Positions 59,600 to 64,000 of a DNA stretch of 64,000 bases are shown one piece after another (position 1 is the stretch's first letter; each line of letters starts with the position of its first letter). A model generated the notes under the pieces. The model was not told the DNA's origin. It did not search any database and saw only the letters and a program-made list of their open reading frames with translations. The DNA lies in contig CAVSQB010000005.1 of assembly GCA_963729895.1 (NCBI GenBank), forward strand, positions 32,001 through 96,000. Reading direction: 5' to 3'. The translations under genes were made by a program, and so were the position numbers. The stretch is from an uncultured Fibrobacterota bacterium. GTDB lineage: Bacteria > Fibrobacterota > Chitinivibrionia > Chitinivibrionales > FEN-1185.

Positions 59600-59686
59600 A
59601 TGCAGATGTTGGCAACCGAGACGGTCTTGAGGCGGGCGGAATTGATTCCGGAGAATATGGCTACTGTGATGGATAGGCAACAATAA
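59600..59686 (+). pseudogene. hsdR 3'-tail copy 1
   Basis: Translates [17 protein letters not shown]; shares TGGCAACCGAGACGGT with copies 3 and 4. Confidence 0.75.
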
Positions 59687-59703
59687 TCAGCGAAGGGGCC
59701 GCG

Positions 59704-60363
59704 ATGAACCTGGAGAAGCGCATTCTAGAGGTGAACCAAATCCGGATTCCGGCATTGTGTATTTCAAACAACAACGATGTGCTTGCGGTTGTTATTCACG
59801 GCTATGGAGGGAACAAAGAGGAGATTTTCGGGCTCAGTTCATACCTGTCTTGCAATGGCGTGGATACGGTTACCGTCGATTTGAGGGGGCACGGAGAAAA
59901 CGACAGTCAGTATACCATCGATGTCATGGAAGATATCAACTTGCTCGTGCAAAAGTTTAGCGGGAAGAAGAAGGTCATGACGATTGGCCATTCACTTGGC
60001 GGACGCTTGGCCTTGCTTGCCGGGGCTGAGGCAAGGATCGGCATTTCCCCTGCGCTGAGCAGGACATATTCCGATCAAACAAGATCGACAATTGTGAACC
60101 TGAGAAAATACAGGGTCAAGGAAGAAGGCATTGATAACAATTTCAAGATTCTCGCTGAACTTCCTGCGGCAAACCTGTCGCCCGGGAAATCTCTGGTCTT
60201 GTACGGTTCCAGGGACGTACCCGAAATAAAGGAAGCCTGCGTTGAATTGGAGAACAGGGGAGCCAACGTCGTAAGGATCGAAAACGCCTTACATAACGAT
60301 ATTTTCCTTCTGAAGGAAACATTCTCGGCAATCGGGGCATTTACAACAAAACAACTTTCCTAA
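59704..60363 (+). CDS. alpha/beta hydrolase
   Basis: IHGYGG, DLRGHG, GHSLGG, G..D, H. Confidence 0.88.
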   Translation: MNLEKRILEVNQIRIPALCISNNNDVLAVVIHGYGGNKEEIFGLSSYLSCNGVDTVTVDLRGHGENDSQYTIDVMEDINLLVQKFSGKKKVMTIGHSLGGRLALLAGAEARIGISPALSRTYSDQTRSTIVNLRKYRVKEEGIDNNFKILAELPAANLSPGKSLVLYGSRDVPEIKEACVELENRGANVVRIENALHNDIFLLKETFSAIGAFTTKQLS

Positions 60364-60602
60364 TGTCGTTGCCATGAATGTCTACAGCTATATCGGCGTT
60401 TGACAATAACTCTTCCGTATTTCACGAGCGCCCTCTCCATTCCGACCAAAAAAGGTAGAAGCGCAAACGGTATTCAGAATGCCATACAATAGAATGGAAA
60501 GATTATCATTTCATTTTTTAAAGGTATGGTAATGGCGCTTCGCGCAAATATTGTGTCTTTTGCCTTTTCCTCGCAGCTTACCGCGGGGTCTTTCAATCAT
60601 TA

Positions 60603-61721
60603 ATGCGAAAGGGAATACCTGTGGTGTTGGTTATGTTCTTGGTCTTATTGACCTGCGTATTCGTTCTTATGGGTGCGATGCTGCTTTACAGTCAGGGAAA
60701 ACCCAAACCATTCCTGGATGCAAGTTGGAATCCGCTGGCGGGCAGCATTTCGGAAAAGATCCATGTCAACATCAATGGCATTGAGCAGGGGATGTTTATC
60801 AAGAGTAAAGATGCAACGCATCCGGTGCTGCTTTTCCTTCACGGGGGTATGCCGGAGTATTTCCTCACTCAGCGTTACCCTACAGGTCTCGAGGACTATT
60901 TCACCGTGGTCTGGTGGGAACAGCGTGGCTCAGGACTCTCCTACGGTGCCGGCATTCGACCCGCGACGATGACGCTGGAGCAAATGATATCCGACACAAA
61001 GGAGGTAACAAACTATCTTCGCAAGCGATTTGGAAAAGAAAAGGTTTACCTCATGGGACATTCACATGGTACGTTCATTGGGATACAAGCGGCTGCACAA
61101 GCGCCGGAGCTGTATTACGCCTATATTGGCGTGGCCCAGATGTCGTGTCAGCAGGAATCTGAACGTCTGGCGTACGAATACATGCTCAGGCGGTTCAAAG
61201 AATGTGGGAATAAAGAAATGGTCCGGAAACTTGAGGCGGCGCCGGTCACTATGGCGGGCGGTACGCCGGATGCGTACCTTGAATTACGTGACCGGGCGAT
61301 GCACAGTCTTGGCATCGGGACAATGCACCACATGAACTCGGTGGTCACAGGCATCTTCTTGCCTTCGTTGACATTCCGAGAGTACACGTTGCTTGAAAAA
61401 GTCAATTTGTGGCGCGGCAAGGCAAGCTCCGGGGTCAGCGTATTGTGGAGCAAGATGCTGGCAACCGATCTTTCCAAACAGGTCCCGGAACTTAAAATCC
61501 CCGTCTATTTCTTTGAGGGAATACACGACTACACGTGCTCCTACGCCGGGGCGAAATCCTATTTTAAAAAGCTAAAGGCGCCTGTAAAAGCCTTCTATAC
61601 CTTTCAACAATCAGCTCACAGTCCGATGTTCGAGGAGCCGGCAAAAGTGCAACAGGTCTTGAGGGAGGATGTTCTGACTGGAAGAACCGGTCTTTCGGAT
61701 ACAATGAGACAAGCTGATTAG
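60603..61721 (+). CDS. membrane-anchored alpha/beta hydrolase (proline-iminopeptidase-like)
   Basis: PVLLFLHGG, EQRGSG.S, GHSHG, G.HD, SAHSP.FEEP. Confidence 0.88.
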   Translation: MRKGIPVVLVMFLVLLTCVFVLMGAMLLYSQGKPKPFLDASWNPLAGSISEKIHVNINGIEQGMFIKSKDATHPVLLFLHGGMPEYFLTQRYPTGLEDYFTVVWWEQRGSGLSYGAGIRPATMTLEQMISDTKEVTNYLRKRFGKEKVYLMGHSHGTFIGIQAAAQAPELYYAYIGVAQMSCQQESERLAYEYMLRRFKECGNKEMVRKLEAAPVTMAGGTPDAYLELRDRAMHSLGIGTMHHMNSVVTGIFLPSLTFREYTLLEKVNLWRGKASSGVSVLWSKMLATDLSKQVPELKIPVYFFEGIHDYTCSYAGAKSYFKKLKAPVKAFYTFQQSAHSPMFEEPAKVQQVLREDVLTGRTGLSDTMRQAD

Positions 61722-61728
61722 AATCATC

Positions 61729-61779
61729 ACGGTCTTGAAACAGGCAGAGTTGATAGGGGGGACGAGCAGAGGGAAATAG
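61729..61779 (+). pseudogene. hsdR 3'-tail copy 2
   Basis: Translates [11 protein letters not shown]...stop. Confidence 0.7.
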
Positions 61780-61850
61780 AAACTTGGTTTTATTTGCTCA
61801 TAGTTCTGCGCGAATGTTATATAATTTGGTAAATTAAAGCGGGGCGTCAA

Positions 61851-62795
61851 ATGAAAACACTTAAATACAAACTCAAGCTTGAAGGTCTGGATTCTCCCTC
61901 GGGAACGATTTCAACCCGCGAATTATCCACGTTCCTCGATCAATTCACCCAGTGCGCGGAGCGCGGTTTGCGCCTGGCGATTGAAGGTCAAAGTTCCAAA
62001 ACCGGCCCTGCTCCCAAATGGCTTGCAAAGGCGACAGACTTTGTCTTTACAGGGCTTCAAAAGGGATCTACGGTACTCAAGATCGAAGCGCCTTATCTGA
62101 AGGATGCGATTCCCGATCAGGCAGTTCAGCAAGACATATGGGGCAGTCCGCCTGAGCCTGGAGATACCGCAATTTCCTTTGTTTCCCGTTCGGTCCGGGA
62201 CACATCTACGGAGAACCTCGAAAGCGATTACTACGACTCCGGAGTCCTCATGAGCTTCTTGGCTATGAGGCCGTTTCTCGCAGAGCATGCGAAGAGCATC
62301 AAGATTAGTTGCGAAGAAAACAAGAATGAGGATTTCTCAATTGACATGCCGACAATTGAAAAGGTGGAAAAACTCAAAATAAAAATTCCCGAACCTCAGG
62401 CATTCATGTTGACCGGGATCCTTGAAGAAGTCGCTTACAGCCGTAAACGATTTCGTCTCGACATGGCGGATGGTCAGGTCATTCAAGGCCAAATAGACCA
62501 GGAGTTCCTTGACGTCGAAGACCTGCGGCGTCTCTGGGGCAAAAAGGTGACCATAAAAGGTACCGTCAGCTACAAGCCGTCCGGCAAGGTCAGACTGCTT
62601 GAAGCGCAAATGCTCAAATTCATTGAAGAAGGGGAAGAAGTCTTCGAGACTGCGCCGGTTGTCCAGACGGAATTCGAATTTGTGCGCGAACTGACGGCCG
62701 GGGCAACTCGCCGCAACTGGCTCGATGATATCCGGGGTAAATGGCCGGGCGACGAATCTATCGATGATCTTATGGAAGAACTTGAGAACCGGTAG
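61851..62795 (+). CDS. hypothetical protein, probable partner or antitoxin of the downstream PIN protein
   Basis: Ends 5 bp before the PIN gene; C-terminal WL....GKWPGDESIDDL.EEL segment. Confidence 0.7.
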   Translation: MKTLKYKLKLEGLDSPSGTISTRELSTFLDQFTQCAERGLRLAIEGQSSKTGPAPKWLAKATDFVFTGLQKGSTVLKIEAPYLKDAIPDQAVQQDIWGSPPEPGDTAISFVSRSVRDTSTENLESDYYDSGVLMSFLAMRPFLAEHAKSIKISCEENKNEDFSIDMPTIEKVEKLKIKIPEPQAFMLTGILEEVAYSRKRFRLDMADGQVIQGQIDQEFLDVEDLRRLWGKKVTIKGTVSYKPSGKVRLLEAQMLKFIEEGEEVFETAPVVQTEFEFVRELTAGATRRNWLDDIRGKWPGDESIDDLMEELENR

Positions 62796-62800
62796 CCCTC

Positions 62801-63274
62801 ATGGCCAAATTCCTTCTTGATACAGGTGTCCTGCTTCATTATGTGCGTGGATCGACCCTTGCATTGCTTGTTGATAATCAGTACAGCCCAACCGTGCTTC
62901 CAAACTATCCCGTTGTTTCAGTTGTTTCGATAGGGGAAATGTACTCCCTTGCGGTGTGCCGTAAATGGGGTGAACAGAAAAAAGATGCCTTGAGCAAACT
63001 CCTCAGATCCATCCCCACCGTCGACATCAACAATTCGTCGGTCCTGGCGCGGTTTGCGGAAATTGATGCATATCGATTGGGTAAACATCCTGAAAAGCCT
63101 CTTCCTTCCGGAGAGTCCTCGAAAAGCATCGGTGATAATGATCTCTGGATTGCCTCAACCGCGTCAGTCCTCAAAGCGACATTGTTGACCACTGACAAGG
63201 ATTTTATGGTGTTCGACAAAGTCTTCTTCGAAGTCGTCTATCTTGATCCGGAAAAGTACAAAGAAAAACAATAA
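62801..63274 (+). CDS. PIN-domain (VapC-like) ribonuclease toxin
   Basis: [29 protein letters not shown]. Confidence 0.88.
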   Translation: MAKFLLDTGVLLHYVRGSTLALLVDNQYSPTVLPNYPVVSVVSIGEMYSLAVCRKWGEQKKDALSKLLRSIPTVDINNSSVLARFAEIDAYRLGKHPEKPLPSGESSKSIGDNDLWIASTASVLKATLLTTDKDFMVFDKVFFEVVYLDPEKYKEKQ

Positions 63275-63368
63275 CGATAGCAGACGTATGGCAAAACCCT
63301 GGTTCACCTTATCCACCTCGTCCAGAAAACAGAACAACCCCTCCTGTGAACATGAAGTCCCGAAATGC

Positions 63369-63542
63369 CAAAACGCCTCAATAGACTGGACCATCAAAGA
63401 AAGCGTAAAGGCAAAGCTGAAAGTCATCGTCAAAAGGATCCTCCGCCAGTTCGGCTACCCGCCCGACAAGCAAATGTTGGCAACCGAGACGGTGTTGAAG
63501 CAGGCGGAACTGATTGCGGGGGAGATGGCGGCAGGGGAGTAG
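63369..63542 (+). pseudogene. type I restriction HsdR C-terminal fragment (DUF3387-like), tail copy 3
   Basis: [46 protein letters not shown]; no upstream helicase domains. Confidence 0.85.
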
Positions 63543-63597
63543 CATTGCGAGAATGCCAACTTTGTTGCGTCTGCAAATGAATTGATTTGAATTCTTG

Positions 63598-63884
63598 TTT
63601 CGCCATCAGCGACGCCCCCGAGGCCGAAGGATTAGCCGCTCGTGCTGTCCGAACCCGGCATCTTTGATCAAACTCCAGGTTTGTTCTGCCGGGTAAGTTC
63701 ACGAGCGGCCCGCAGGCCGAGGGATCAAGGTGGCGCTGCAGGCGCGGCGTTCTTTGCCTACTTTCTGTCGCTGCAGACAAGGCAGACGACACAATGTCTG
63801 GTGCGAAGCACCAACTACTCTACCTTGGGGAACGGAAGTGACACAGAAAGTAGGTCTGGGTTCGGGAGTGAAGCTCCTGACTCG
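63598..63884 (+). repeat. longest copy of the structured dispersed repeat
   Basis: Homologous to 55822-56043 and 53629-53745. Confidence 0.72.
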
Positions 63885-63888
63885 TACG

Positions 63889-63954
63889 CTGGCAACCGAG
63901 ACGGTCCTCAAGCAAGCGGAGTTGATAGCGGGGGAATTGGCAGGAGATAAATAG
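63889..63954 (+). pseudogene. hsdR 3'-tail copy 4
   Basis: Translates [21 protein letters not shown] followed by a stop. Confidence 0.8.
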
Positions 63955-64000
63955 GCTGCCGTTGAGAATTTCGCAACCGGGTGCTACTACGGTGCGCGCT

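Noticed and set aside
59600..63954. Classical integron
   Set aside because: No intI and no attC (RYYYAAC...GTTRRRY) palindromes; the separators are coding-derived hsdR tails.

Overview
A 64 kb bacterial chromosomal window. The lineage is probably Fibrobacterota (Chitinivibrionia-like); this is inferred from secreted proteins with T9SS/Fibrobacter-type C-terminal sorting domains, not from a marker gene. The left ~37 kb is mostly secreted and surface proteins: a GH64 beta-1,3-glucanase, a thaumatin-like protein, a 2176-aa InlB-B-repeat surface protein, a PEGA-domain Ser/Thr kinase, a type IV pilin, a split membrane/spermidine-synthase-like pair, an LTA-synthase-like sulfatase and several hydrolases. 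The middle is housekeeping: PIN-PhoH, an M16 peptidase pair, aroC, signal peptidase I, purH, topA and trmFO. Five IS elements are present: IS5, IS4 and IS1595 with visible TIRs and target duplications, plus two abutting IS3 elements. There is also a MITE and many REP-like repeats. After trmFO (~52.5 kb to the end) the region is accessory. The three most unusual signals are: (1) four copies of the 3' tail of a type I restriction hsdR gene, differing mainly at synonymous sites, that punctuate cargo genes like an accretion array (59.6-63.95 kb); (2) a DUF6261-like gene preceded by a consensus sigma-54 promoter and a nine-unit ~41-bp phased hairpin array (54.0-55.6 kb); (3) three orphan structured non-coding elements with a conserved scaffold and variable ~9-nt segments, reminiscent of IS110-family bridge-RNA ends, with no recombinase in the window. 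No rRNA, tRNA or canonical CRISPR array was seen. All family calls come from motif recognition by eye; no database search was run.
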